A stretch of 64,000 nucleotides of DNA, from assembly GCF_023055435.1 (NCBI RefSeq), contig NW_025964372.1, positions 48,484,001 to 48,548,000 of the forward strand, written 5' to 3'. Shown here piece by piece: positions 11,701 through 26,700 of this stretch; the stretch's first letter is position 1; each line of letters opens with the position of its first letter. Source of the DNA: Haliotis rufescens (lineage: Eukaryota). Made by a program: the position numbers and the translations under genes. Below the pieces are notes generated by a model. It ran no database searches. It was not told the origin of the DNA and saw nothing but the letters and a program-made list of their open reading frames with translations.

Positions 11701-14700
11701 CGACGTCATTGACGAACGGAGCTGTGAACAATACAGGGAAACTAGAACACGGGTACGTGATTGATGTATCGTTTCAGAGAAAGAGGAGAGAGCACTCCCA
11801 GTGTTTAATAGCGATGTCTTTCACAGCTCATGCATGTAGTTACCCTGAAATTATTTTGTCAATTGTTTTTCATTTCTGCTGCTCATTTGACTCAAATCAA
11901 GGATCAAATGTAACTTATCAGGGGCCAATCTGTGTGTTGCAAATACTGTATAAAACATGTATCACGAAGATACAATCGTTTAATTTACGTCATAAAATGA
12001 CATCACGTTAAATAATTAAAAATGTACAAGGCGACACAAGATGAAGACTACCTGAAGACAATACATATTATGCCACCAGATGTGGTGTGGTGTGGTGTGG
12101 TGTGGTGTGGTGTGGTGTGGTGTGGTTATGGNNNNNNNNNNNNNNNNNNNNNNNNNNNNNNNNNNNNNNNNNNNNNNNNNNNNNNNNNNNNNNNNNNNNN
12201 NNNNNNNNNNNNNNNNNNNNNNNNNNNNNNNNNNNNNNNNNNNNNNNNNNNNNNNNNNNNNNNNNNNNNNNNNNNCGTTATAGTGAATACCACCGAGATA
12301 CCATGCCGCAGTTTAACTAGTCCGGACTTAAGCATGTATTTTAGTGCCAGCCCAGCGAGATACCATGCCGCAGTTTGACTAGTACGGACTTAAGCATGTA
12401 TTTTAGTGCCAGCCCACTGAGATACCATGCCGCAGTTTGACTAGTACGGACTTAAGCATGTATTTTAGTGCCAGCCTAGCGAGATACCATGCCGCAGTTT
12501 GACTTGGATACCCAACTCAGGCACAATATCCTCACTCCGAGCCGACCAGTCCTTGTTTTAGCCCCTTAATGTTTGGTAACAACAAGTTCCTTCTTTTGAC
12601 GTCTTTTGGCATGACGCGGTCAGGGGATCGAACGTCCGACCTTCCTCCATCCGGGCAGGCGCTCTATCCGCTAGACCACGGAGATCCCACATTATCAAAA
12701 ACATTATTACCTACAATAACCAAACTGAAATAACATGAACATCCAATGAGACGTCAGTCAAACAAAAGACACTATGTACATATAATGGCATAAAAGTACC
12801 TTTGAATTTTTGGAACCTGCAACGATTCCATACAATTCCACTATTTATTCCGTCCGTTTCCATGGAAACCCCAAAATGCAAGACGCAAGTACTGCAGGCG
12901 GTGAAGGATTTTTTCTCGACCGCCACCTCCACGCCGTCTCCTGCAGCATCATCATCAACCCTTGATTGGATACTTGTCTGCAACACGTACACCATGAAAT
13001 AGATTGATACCAGATCTTCACGGACATAAATCATTATTACGTGTGACGGATTTGGTGATTTTCGCTTCTTCTAAACGTAATCCAGTGAGTCTGATTTCTT
13101 CTGGAAAGGGTCATGATTTACATCCGGGTTTGTTATCCTGTGGGAAATACTTGTGGTTTCCAAACCCCAGCTTCTTTGAGAGGCATTTAGAAGTTGGAGA
13201 GCTAAGTACGGATAAGATAAGACATATGGATGGACCCCAGGTTGTCAAGAGTGAGTGAGTGAGTGAGTTGGGTTCAAAGCCGCTTTTAACATTATTCCAG
13301 TTATATCACGGCGTGTCAGCTTAATGTGGGAGGAAAGCCCGAAGTGATGCAGGTCCTAGAGGTTTACCACTTTGGTGAAACAACGAGCACGGGTATGGTG
13401 CTGACAAACCTAGAAACATAATTGGGGCGAACCGGGATTCGAACCCACAATCATAGGTTTCAGGCGTGCCCAAGGGACGCAACTCTGCCCAGCGAAAAGC
13501 GGCGCCTTAGACGACTGGGCCACCCGGGACCCCAGGTTGTCAAGAAAACCACTGGAATGTGTGTCGGGCGACCAGGCTTTGTGGCTTGCCTTGCGTGTCG
13601 TGGCACCCGATTGTGTGGCACTGTGAGTTTCAATCCAGACCCAATTCTGTACAGGCTGCCCTGAAAGACCTGGAATAATGCCACTGAGGAGTAAAACAAC
13701 GTTCAGGTCCTTTACTCAGGTCCAGGGTCAGGTGACGGTGCCATAGCTCAGTCTATAGTTCTGATGTGGCAAAATCGGCCTCTGTTGTTCTAGGTTACCG
13801 GCCACAATGCCTTTACGATAGCGCAATGACCAAATAAGGATATTTCTACATACAACCCAAGGTGAAGGTCTCACACGTATGTCACGTGATGTGTAAACTT
13901 ACGTTGTCGTATGTCATTGTTGGCGTACGTGATAAACGTCTATTCACTTGAACAAAACAATCTTAATGTACTTAAACACTTTGAAAACGTATATTCGTAA
14001 TTTTGAATAAGAAGTATTTGCTGCTAAAATTGATTGCTGACCTTCGAGTTAGAGTTTATGGTGCGTTGCTTATTGTGTGTCAGTAAACTTTATCGAACAA
14101 ATGAAAATATGTGTTAAAGGAAACGTGTTCGGCGCGATCGTCTTAGTTTAGACTGCTATACTTCAGTACCCTTGTCTGTAGCATTCCACATCCCTGTAGA
14201 AACGTATGACAGTACATCTTCTACGGATTGAGGTTGATCACAGATCCTACCCAGCCCCAGCCCTCTCCACCACCACCCCATCCCACCCCACCCCAACCCC
14301 TCCTCTATTTGGACGCCGTCTACCCACGCTTGGGCTTCGTGCCTGTTCTCTCTTATCACATTAACTCGGCCCCGTCCTGTATTCATTCCCCAAATACACC
14401 CACCCTCATCAACCTCATCACCCTTACCGAATCCCAAACCCCACCCCATCCCGGATCCAACGCTCATACATTCCGCTCCACCCCCTCTCCATCCTCCAGC
14501 CAGCTCCACCTCTATCACGACGCAACAATCTTACAATCTTGTCTCCTCGCTCTTTACTCCCACCCAAGCCCCGCCTCCTCTGTTAGTTTTGGTCTACTGA
14601 AGCCAGCCGTTGCCTTCATTGTAAATATTCCGGTTACCGAGATATACGATCACGTAAACAAATGTTTTTGTGCTCTATCGTCGCAGCGGGTTGAGTCAAT

Positions 14701-17700
14701 TTACAATACGACGTACTCTGTCATGAAGCGTTGGATCAAATTTGAGATGAGCTTATCTTTGTCAAGCAAAACAAACAAAAAATAATGCAATGTATAAGTC
14801 TCAACTTACNNNNNNNNNNNNNNNNNNNNNNNNNNNNNNNNNNNNNNNNNNNNNNNNNNNNNNNNNNNNNNNNNNNNNNNNNNNNNNNNNNNNNNNNNNN
14901 NNNNNNNNNNNNNNNNNNNNNNNNNNNNNNNNNNNNNNNNNNNNNNNNNNNNNNNNNNNNNNNNNNNNNNNNNNNNNNNNNNNNNNNNNNNNNNNNNNNN
15001 NNNNNNNNNNNCTTCTACCTTATCGTCTACTCTTGCATTTTCTTGAACCCCAACCAGTCTCAGTCTATCTTACTCATCTAACCCCAATGTCTACCCCTAT
15101 CGTTTTCTCAAACCCAATCCCCTAACCCACTAACCATTCATCATCTGTATTCGTTTCTTTCTCCATCCCATGCCATGTTGAGATTCAGAGTCAGAATATG
15201 AAACTTAGTCTACCTGACACATTCAGCTAGGTCACACATTGCAACTGCCTGACCCTCACAGTGACCGGATCTTTCGACTAGCAATAGTACTGGGCCTGGC
15301 CCAGCCAGACAACCTCCCCGCTCTCCCGTTTCCCTTCCCTGCCCTCACCTCCACTCCCCTCCCCTCACATCCTCACCTCCAGTCCCCCCCACCCCCACCT
15401 CCACCTCCACCCCCACCCCACCCAACTCCCCATCCCCCGACCTGTGGTCCGCTTTGAACAAACATACTTTGTGAAAGGTTATGCTCAATCTCGCAATGAT
15501 TGGGAATGAGGGTGGTTTATCCATCTTATCGACCTTTGTGATTTTTCAATACTTCCGGCCAATATATATAAGACAGTTACTGACCTCACAAGATACGTAG
15601 CCTGGACTGGTCATTTGGCCGTAGCACCAGTGTAGTCGTACCGTAGATGTCGCCCCGTCGACGACGGCATCCCAGTAGATGTCGCAGATACCAGCACTGT
15701 CGAGGACGGATTCTACCCATCGTGCTGTGTTATGTACTGAAATGTGTCACACAACGGTCAGGTGCTGTTCACGAAGGTGCGTTATGTATAACCACCCTAT
15801 TGTGTCTACAAGACGACTACATCGTACACGACATCCACACAGCGTTTGTACTAGACACCATCGTCCACAACATCAACACAATGTTTGTGCAAGACGACTA
15901 CATCGTGCACGACATCCGCACAACGTGTGTACAAGACAACATCGTGCACAACATCAACACAATTATTGTACAAGACGACTACATCGTGCACGTTAACACA
16001 ACGTTTGTACAAGACAACATCGTGCACAACATCAACACAATGTTTGTACAAGACGACTACATCTACGCGATATCCACACAACGTTTGTACAAGACAACAT
16101 CGTGCACGACATCCACACATCGTTTGTACAAGACGACTACATCATGCACGACATCCACACAGCGTCTGTACACCATACCAACACCGTACACGGCGTCAAC
16201 ACATCGTTGGTACAAGACATCGTACACAGGGTCGACATTGCTCTGATAAAACTTGAACTATTATCATCGGCGACAGGGAGCAGGGTTGTATAGAGTTGCT
16301 TCCCTTAAGCGTACCAGAATCCTGTGTTCGTGGCTTCGAATCCCGGTTCGCCCTAATCATCTGTGTATGTATGCCAGCACCATATCAATGCTCGTGGACC
16401 TTCATCACTTCGGGCTTTCCTCTCACTTCCAGCTGACACGCCGTGATACAACTGCAATGCAGCTCATTAGGGAGTTAAAACAAACTTACTCACCCACTCA
16501 TTCAGCATTGGATATACCATAAAGTACAAAAACATGTTCAGTCCATTCAGTATACGAACATAAAACTGACTCACTCTTAGATACAGCAGGTATATAGATC
16601 TGGGCTGTGTCTACGACGTCGGATAAGCCCACATCCGTCCAGGCCTGCACTGACATCAGATAGTTCACAGACATGCTGAGATTGGCATCGACGAGGGCCG
16701 ACACACTTGTGTTGGGAACACTCACTTCAGCCACTATTGTCCTGTTCGACCTGGGTTGAATCTGACGGACCAGCACGCGAAAACCTCTGATGATTCCATG
16801 CTGCCGGTCACGAGGGATGGCCTGTGTGTACAACATGACATGAGAAGGGGGGACCTGGGTGTGTAATAAAAATATATAAAATAAATAAAATATGTTATGG
16901 TCTCTGGTACATGGTACTGACTCCGGCAGAAACCAATCGGTATAATATGGTCTCTGATACATGGTACTGACTCCAGCAGAAACCAAATGGTATATGGTCT
17001 CTGGTACATGGTACTGACTCAAGCAGAAACCAAATGGTATATGGTTTCTGGTACATGGTACTGACTCCAGCAGAAACCAAATGGTATATGGTCTCTGGTA
17101 CATGGTACTGACTCCAGCAGAAACGAAATGGTATATGGTCTCTGGTACATGGTAATGATTTCAGCAGAAACCAAATTGTATATGGTCTCTGGTTCATGGT
17201 ACTGACTCCATCAGAAACCAAATGGTATATGGTCTCTGGTACATGGTAATGATTTCAGCAGAAACCAAATGATATATGGTCTCTGGTACATGGTACTGAC
17301 TCAAGCAGAAACCAAATGGTATATGGTCTCTGGTACATGGTACATGGTACTGATTTCAGCAGAAACCAAATGATATATGGTCTCTGGTACATGGTACTGA
17401 CTCCAGCAGAAACCAAATTGTATATGGTCACTGGTACATGGTACTGACTCCAGCAGAAACCAATCGGTATATGGTCACTGGTACATGGTACTGACTCAAG
17501 CAGAAACCAAATGGTATATGGTCTCTGGTACATGGTCCTGATTTCAGCAGAAACCAATCGGTATATTGTCTCTGGTACATGGTCCTGATTTCAGCAGAAA
17601 CCAATCGGTATATGGTCTCTGGTACATGGTGCTGACTTCTGCAGAAACCAATCGGTATATGGTCTCTGGTACATGGTACTGATTTCAGCAGAAACCAATG

Positions 17701-20700
17701 GTATATGGTCTCTGGTACATGGTGCTGACTTCTGCAGAAACCAATCGGTATATGGTCTCTTGTACATGGTCCTGATTTCAGCAGAAACCAATGGTATATG
17801 GTCTCTGGTACATGGTCCTGATTTCAGCAGAAACCAATCGGTATATGGTCTCTGGTACATGGTCCTGATTTCAGCAGAAACTAAATGGTATATGGTCTCT
17901 GGTACATGGTCTTGATTTCAGCAGAAACCAATGGTATATGGTCTCTGGTACATGGTACTGATTTCAGCAGAAACCAATGGTATATGGTCTCTGGTACATG
18001 GTGCTGACTTCTGCAGAAACCAATCGGTATATGGTCTCTGGTACATGGTACTGACTCTAGCAGAAACCAATCGGTATATGGTCTCTGGTACATGGTACTG
18101 ACTCAAGCAGAAACCAATCGGTATATGGTCTCTGGTACATGGTACTGACTCAAGCAGAAACCAATCGGTATATGGTCTCTGGTACATGGTGCTGACTTCT
18201 GCAGAAACCAATCGGTATATGGTCTCTGGTACATGGTACTGATTTCAGCAGAAACCATTGGTATATGGTCTCTGGTACATGGTGCTGACTTCTGCAGAAA
18301 CCAATCGGTATATGGTCTCTGGTACATGGTCCTGATTTCAGCAGAAACCAATGGTATATGGTCTCTGGTACATGGTCCTGATTTCAGCAGAAACCAATCG
18401 GTATATGGTCTCTGGTACATGGTACTGATTTCAGCAGAAACCAAATGGTATATGGTCTCTGGTACATGGTCTTGATTTCAGCAGAAACCAATGGTATATG
18501 GTCTCTGGTACATGGTACTGACTCAAGCAGAAACCAAATGATATATAGTCTCTGGTACATGGTACTGACTCAAGCAGAAACCAAATGGTATATGGTCTCT
18601 GGTACATGGTACTGATTTCAGCAGAAACCAAATGGTATATGGTCTCTGGTACATGGTCTTGATTTCAGCAGAAACAAAATGGTATATGGTCTCTGGTACA
18701 TGGTACTGACAATAGGAGAACAGCCTATGACCTATATTAATTATTGCGGGATGTCATGTCACTGTAGACAGCAAAGAGGGAAAATAATTGTGGCCATCGG
18801 TTACTTCCCTTTATATACCTACACTTGTCACTAAATCCCCACTCCGAACAAAGGAATACTTAAAGCTTAAGTAAATAATTAATATGCTCTTGAAAGCTAT
18901 GTGAACAACTTTTCAACCAGACAATAATTGTCCTGATGACACCGTGTACACATCAGGGATTAATGGACTGTACTGGCGAACATTAATACACTGCCAAGTA
19001 CCTCTCTCCTTGTAGTGAGTGAGTGAGTATGGTTTTACGCCGCTTTTCGCAATATTCCAGCAATATCACGGCGGGGGACACCAGAAATGGGCTTCACACA
19101 TTGTACCCATGTCGGGAATCGAACCCGAGTCTTCGGCGTGACGAGCGAACGCTTTAACCACTAGGCTACCCGACCGCCCTTTCTCCTTGTACAGATAGTT
19201 GGATTCTAAGACGATAAATGGCAACAGCTCAACCTGTGTAATCTATCTACAGTCCTATAATAGCAAATTTCGATGTGTGTAACGATTTAGATCACAAACA
19301 CCACCCACTTGGGTTCAATGTTAAACAATCGTATTAAACAAAACAGTCAGTTTGTTTGTTTGTTTGTTAGTTTGTTGTTCAACGCCACACTAAGCAATAT
19401 TCAAGCTATATGACAGCGGTCTGTAAATAATCGAATCTGGACCAGAGAATCCAGTAACCTATATCATGAACATCGATCCACGCAATGGGATACGATCAAC
19501 CAAATCAGCGAGCCTGACCACGTGCACCTGATCCCGTTAATCGCAAAACAGTAACGGTACTTGTGTATGTATCGAACTTGAAACGATGCTTGCTGATTTT
19601 GTAAACCTCAAACATGTTTTTTTAAACTAAAAGTCCTTTCTATTTTTTTTTCTCTCCTTACTAAACTAAAATGCTTTTGTAAAGTATTATTTTCTCTGCT
19701 TGTTGAACAAAAACCCTTTTGTAAAGTATTCTTCTCGCTGCATACACATGAACCCTACCTGCCAGTACACTCCGACCTTCCTCCGCGCACCTGCTGGTAC
19801 TGAGTTGAAGGACCCAGCTTGTATTACGGGCGGTGATGGTCCTGAAGATAAAAGGCCCCAGAAAGAGTCAACTTCTCAATTAAAGGATGCGACATTGATA
19901 TTCGTGTAATCGGGATGAGCATTAATCTACGGCATTGATTAATATGTCATCCAACGATTCAATAACTAATGGGTACGTTTGTGCTGTGTTGTCAATCGAT
20001 GCACTGACGAAAACGATGATTAATGCATGTCATGTCAGAAAATGAATAAATCATCTTGTTATCTGACACTATTGTGCATGGTTGTGTGACTGTCGTTTCA
20101 CACTTCACTCTATGTAGTGACGGGGAAAACGCTACCTCAACAAGTGATTATCTGTAATCAAACCAGTTCAACAACGATCGTTTTGAATAAAAACAACCAA
20201 TCAATAAACAATTTGTCAAAGGAAACAAGAACACAGTTCGTGTCGTGTGAACGGCAAGGGTTCATGATAAAGGTGTTTGAGATAATACAATCTTTATTAA
20301 TTAATCTTTATTAAAAACAACGATTATTTAAAACCACGACCTCAAGAAGGAAAGAACCATAACTCAAGCAATGATCTCCTAAAGAGGTATACAGCAATCA
20401 ATGATCTCCTAAACATGAATACAGCAAGCAATGATCTCCTCAACAGGTATACAGCAATCAATGATCTCCTCAACAGGTATACAGCAAGCAATGATCTCCT
20501 CAACAGGTATACAGCAAGCAATGATCTCCTAAACAGGTATACAGCTAGCAATGATCTCTTAAACAGGCATACAGCAAGCAATGATCACCCAAACAGGTAT
20601 ACAGCAAGCAATGATCACCTAAACAGGTATAGAGCAATCAATGATCACCTGAACAGGTATACAACAAGCAATGATCTCCTAAACAGGTATACAGCAAGCA

Positions 20701-23700
20701 ATGATCTCCTCAACAGGTCTCCAACAAGCAATGATCTCCTAAACAGGTATACAACAAGCAAAGATCTCCTTAACAGGTATACAACAAGCAATGGTCACCT
20801 AAACAGGTATACAGCAAGCAATGATCACCTAAACAGGTATAAAGCAAGCAATGATCACCCAAACAGGTATACAGCAAGCAATGGTCACCCAAACAGGTAT
20901 ACAACAAGCAATGATCTACTAAACAGGTATACAGCAAGCAATGATCACCCAAACAGGTATACAGCAAGCAATGGTCACCTAAACAGGTATACAGCAAGCA
21001 ATGATCTCTTAAACAGCCATACAGCAAGCAATGATCACCCAAACAGGTATACAGCAAGCAATGATCACCTAAACAGGAAAACAGCAAGCAATGATCTCCT
21101 AAACAGGTATCAACGAGCAATGATCTCTTAAAAAGGTATACAGCGAGCAACGATCTCCTAAACAGGCATACAGCGAACAACGATCTCCTAAACAGGTATA
21201 CAGCGAGCAATTATCTCCTAGACAGGTATACAGCAAGCAATGATCTCCTAAACAGGTATACAACAAGCAACGATCTCCTAAACAGTTATACAGCGAGCAA
21301 TGATCTCCTAGACAGGTATACAGCAAGCAATGATCTCCTAAACAGGTATACAACAAGCAACGATCTCCTAAACAGGTATACAACAAGCAATGATCTCCTG
21401 AACAGGCATACAACAAGCAATGATCTCTAAACAGGTATACAGCAAGCAATGATCTCCTTAATAGGAATACAGCTAGCAATGATCACCTAAACAGGTATAC
21501 AGCAAGCAATGATCTCCTAAACAGGTATACAGCAAGCAATGATCTCCTTAATAGGAATACAGCTAGCAATGATCACCCAAACAGGTATACAGCAAGCAAT
21601 GATCTCCTAAACAGGTATACAGCAAGCAATGATCTCCTAAACAGGTATACCACAATCAATGATCTCATAAACAGGTATACAGCAAGCAATGATCTCCTTA
21701 ATAGGAATACAGCTAGCAATGATCACCCAAACAGGTATACAGCAGGCAATGATCTCCTAAACAGGTATACAGCAAGCAATGATCTCCTTAATAGGAATAC
21801 AGCTAGCAATGATCACCCAAACAGGTATACAGCAAGCAACGATGTCCTAAACAGGTATACAGCAAGCAATGATCTCCTAAACAGGTATACAGCAAGCAAC
21901 GATCTCCTAAACAGGTATACCGCAAGCAATGATCGCCTAAACAGGTATATCGCAAGCAATGATCTCCTCAACAGGTATACAGCGAGCAACGATCTCCTAA
22001 ACAGGTATACAGCAAGCAATGATCTCCTCAATAGGTATACAGCGAGCAATGATCTCCTAGACAGGTATACCGCAAGCAATGATCTCCTAAACAGGTATAC
22101 AGGAAGCAACGATCTTCTAAACAGGCATATAGCGAGCAATGATCTCCTTAACAGGTATACAGAAAGCAATGATCTCCTAAACAGGTATACAGAAATCAAT
22201 GATCTCCTAAACAGGTATACCACAATCAATGATCTCATAAACAGGTATACCACAATCAATGATCTCCTAAACAGGTATACCACAAGCAATGATCTCCTAA
22301 ACAGGTATACAGAAATCAATGATCTCCTAAACAGGCATACCACAATCAATGATCTCATAAACAGGTATACCACAATCAATGATCTCATAAACAGGTATAC
22401 AGCAAGCAATGATCTCCTAAATAGGAATACAGCAAGCAATGATCTCCTGAACAGGTATACAGCAAGCAATGATCAACCAAACAGGTATACAGCAAGCAAC
22501 GATCTCCTAAACAGGTATACAGCGAGCAATGATCTGCTGAACAGGTATACAGCGAGCAATGATCTCCTAAACAGGTATACAGCGAGCAATAATCTGCTGA
22601 ACTGGTATACAGAAAGCAATGATCTCCTAAACAGGTATATCGCAAGCAATGATCTCCTAAACAGGTATACCGCAAGCAATGATCTCCTTAATAGGAATAC
22701 AGCTCGCAATGATCTCATAAACAGGTATACCGCAAGCAATGATCTCATAAACAGGTATACAGCGAGCAATGATCTCCTTAATAGGAAGACAGCGAGCAAT
22801 GATCTCCTAAACAGGTATACAGAAAGCAATGATCTCCTAAACAGGTATACAGAAAGCAATTATCTCCCTTAATAGGAATACAGCAAGCAATGATCTCATA
22901 AACAGGTATACAGCAAGCAATGATCTCCTTAATAGGAATACAGCGAGCAATGATCTCCTAAACGTGTATACAGCAAGCAATGATCTAAATAGGAATACAG
23001 CAAGCAATGATCTCCTAAACAGGTATACAGCAAGCAATAATCTCCGTAATAGGAATACAGCGAGCAATGATCTCCTAAACATGTATACAGCAAGCAATGA
23101 TCTCCTAAATAGGAATACAGCAAGCAATGATCTCCTGAACAGGTATACAGCAAGCAATGATCTCCTAAACAGGTATACAGCAAGCAATGATCTCCTTATT
23201 AGGAATACAGCAAGCGATGATCTCCTAAACAGGAATACAGGAAGCAATGATCTCCTTAATAGGAATACAGCAAGCAATGATCTCCTAAAAAGGAATACAG
23301 CAAGCAATGATCTCCTGAACAGGTATACCGCAAGCAATGATCTCCTGAACAGGTATACCGCAAGCAATGATCTCATAAACAGGCATCCACAGATATAAAG
23401 TATTGAATAGCACGCACCAATTGCAGATACATAGCCTTAGCCCGCATGGGTCATCCTAGCACTGACACACACAGCCAAGGATCGCTCAAGCAGATAAACA
23501 GCAAGAAGTAAATACATCAGCAGGTTCAGTGCAAGCTTGTTCCATCCAGGTACATGTTAAATATGGAACAAGTACGTAATACCTTAAGGTACGTGCACAG
23601 ATTCATGCATGGAACACAGAGGTGAGATGAGGTGAAATGGGGTTTAACGTCACGTCCAAGATTATTGCACTTATATAGCGACGTGCATGCACGCGTGGCT

Positions 23701-26700
23701 GCTTGTACTAGTCCGGACTGATGCCGATTTATAGTGCTAGCTCACTGAGATACCATGCCGCAGTTTAACATGAATACCCCACTCAGACACAGCATACTGA
23801 CTCCGAGCCGTCCAGTCCTTGTTTTAGCCCCTTAATGCCGAGCGACAGGCAGGGTAACAAGAAGTACCATCTTTTAACGTCTTTTGGTATGACGCGGCCG
23901 GGGATCGAACCCCGGGCGGACGCTCTACCACTAGACCACGGAGGCGGTCATGGAACACAGACACCCGAGCACATACAACACAGTACACACAAGCAGAGAG
24001 CAGAACCTTCAAACGAGCAGCAAGAAAATAGCGGGAATCAGCAGTGCTGGGAGACAACACAACATGAGCACTCACTGTCTTCAGGCATGAACACTGTTGT
24101 CGATGTCGGGTCACTGGTGTACCCTCCGAGTAGCGGCCGTGACGTCACCGACACCGTCACACTGCTGAAGGGGGGCACGTCGGATACGACGACCCAGAAT
24201 GTCTGTCGGTCTATACGTCCCGGAACAAGCACCTGGATAAACAGGGCAAGCCAATAAACAGGTGCACCACAGATGTTATAATGTGATTGATCTACCCTAC
24301 ATTGTCCTATATGTGTATTTTCATACTGAACTCACACGAAACAACAACCGAACGTCTATTGTACATTTAACAATTAGAATTAAATTAGAAATAAATACAA
24401 TTTATACAAGTACAAATGGCGACGACATATTTGTTAACACTGAAAGTAGTACCTATCTCACCTGTGTTTTACCCCCTGGATGTCCCCCCTATTCAACCCC
24501 CACTTTGAAGTCGAATAAATTTCAAAATACATCACGCACACAGATACACTTCACATGTTTGAATAATGTGGGACATTCCCTTTTCTGTGATATCATCCAC
24601 TGGTATTTTAGGCCAAGCAAAAGTATTGAAAATGACCTCTGAAAATTAGGTACATCGTAAATGTCGCTATTTTTTACACATTACTAAATCACCACTCACG
24701 GCGTTATTGACAGCATGTTTTGAAATCTAAATTTCGGATATTTACACAGAGAAATAAATTTCAAAAATAGCATATTAGTGATCACGAGTATCTGTCTTTT
24801 ATGAAATCACCAATGATCATTCCAAAACGTCGCCGATAACCCTAGAATCGTTTAAAATGTTTTGGAAAATAATCCTCGCACAGTACTTTTATTCGTGTAC
24901 GATAAGAAATGGAGAAATTTACTGTTTTTCAACGCAGGTTTAATATTTGCAGTTAAAGTTACACCATCAAATGGGAAATTTAATATTCTCTATCTCTGCG
25001 TAATTTTATAGCCAGAGGTAGATCCAGTGCCGCGTGAGCGCATCCTTCACTTTTCCGATCTTAGGATAATGTGCGTCAGAAAGAAAACCTCGGCATCCAG
25101 AGGGTTAAGAAAAATAGTTTGCTCTTCCCCTATGTGTCGTGTAAAAAAGTATAGTTTTCCCAGGACTATTATAGTTAAAGCATGCGGGCGATTGCGTTAC
25201 TATAGTTCAGGGAGAAACCATAGCTTTCACACTACCTATGGCGGTAGAGAAAACTTCGTTACATTTCTAGGATGTCGAACTAAAGACTAACATTTTATTG
25301 TATCGAAGATACGTTGAAAATCAAATGTGTAATAAGCGACGTCGTAAATTGAAAATCCTCTAACAGGGCTAACTGACGAGTTATACCCCGCAACTGCCCC
25401 CAATCTTACATTAAGTGAGTGAGTGAATATGGTTTTACGACGCTTTTAGCAATATTCCAGCAATATCACGGCGGGGGACACCAGAAATGGGCTTCACACA
25501 TTGTACCCATGTATGGAATCGAACCCGGGTCTTCGGCGTGACGAGCGAACGCTTTAACCACTAGGCTACACGACCGCCCCTCTTACATTAAGACACTGAG
25601 ACAACATGCGTCCTAAAAATAACAAAACACCCATAAAATAGTTAGTTCAGGGTTAAATAGGTCTTATTATCGGTTCAGTGTGCTACTCTAAAAATTCTAA
25701 TGCAGCAATAAGTTTGATTAAATTGTAACTTATATAGATTTCGTCAGTCTAATCACCATTTTACAAATGTATTGTGGGGGCCTAGCGAACCCATGTAAAC
25801 ATAGCCGACATTCTGAGTCGCTGGTTCTTGTGAATTGAGGTGTTTTCTGTCACTTATATTTCCACCACTAAGACTTCAGCAACTGCAAGCCATTAAATGG
25901 GTGTTTTCTGTCACTTATATTTCCACCACTAAGACTTCAGCAACTGCAAGCCATTAAATGGGTGTTTTCTGTCACTTATATTTCCACCACTAAGACTTCA
26001 GCAACGGCAAGCCATTAAATGGGTGTTTTCTGTCACTTATATTTCCACCACTAAGACTTCAGCAACTGCAAGCCATTAAATGGGTGTTTTCTGTCACTTA
26101 TATTTCCACCACTAAGACTTCAGCAACGGCAAGCCATTAAATGGGTGTTTTCTGTCACTTATATTTCCACCACTAAGACTTCAGCAACGGCAAGCCATTA
26201 AATGGGTGTTTTCTGTCACTTATATTTCCACCACTAAGACTTCAGCAACGGCAAGCCATTAAATGGAGTGTTTAACGAATTGAATACACGACGTCACAGA
26301 CCATAAAGTCTATGACTACGTGATCCCGCAACCGACGTGAATCGACAGTTTGAGATGCGATATGACATCTCCGTGAAACGAGCATGACGGAGAAAGACTG
26401 GCAGCGGTCTTTTTGTCTGACTCCACATGCTGCTAAATGCCCAATGCAACAGGTGTACGCGTGGTTATGAAACCAATCAAGGATTGATCATTCCTGAGGC
26501 TAGAGACAGACAAAGTTCATAGGGCACCATCGCTAACCTCGGACAACACTGCGGCTCCTGTGGCACGGACACCGTGGTTTGTGTGTCTTTTGGATAAGCC
26601 CGCGGCATGAGAAACGGTTGACACCATCGTGCCATATATCTTCCCAGGAAAAATATTCCAATCATCCATGACATTGACGATAGATCGTTCCTAACTGTCG

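Noticed and set aside
8346-15125. ORFs containing long X runs
   Set aside because: Artefacts of assembly N-gaps and flanking microsatellites.
18930-18962. CTGATGA within a small hairpin, a possible hammerhead ribozyme core
   Set aside because: No correctly placed GAAA or three-helix junction.
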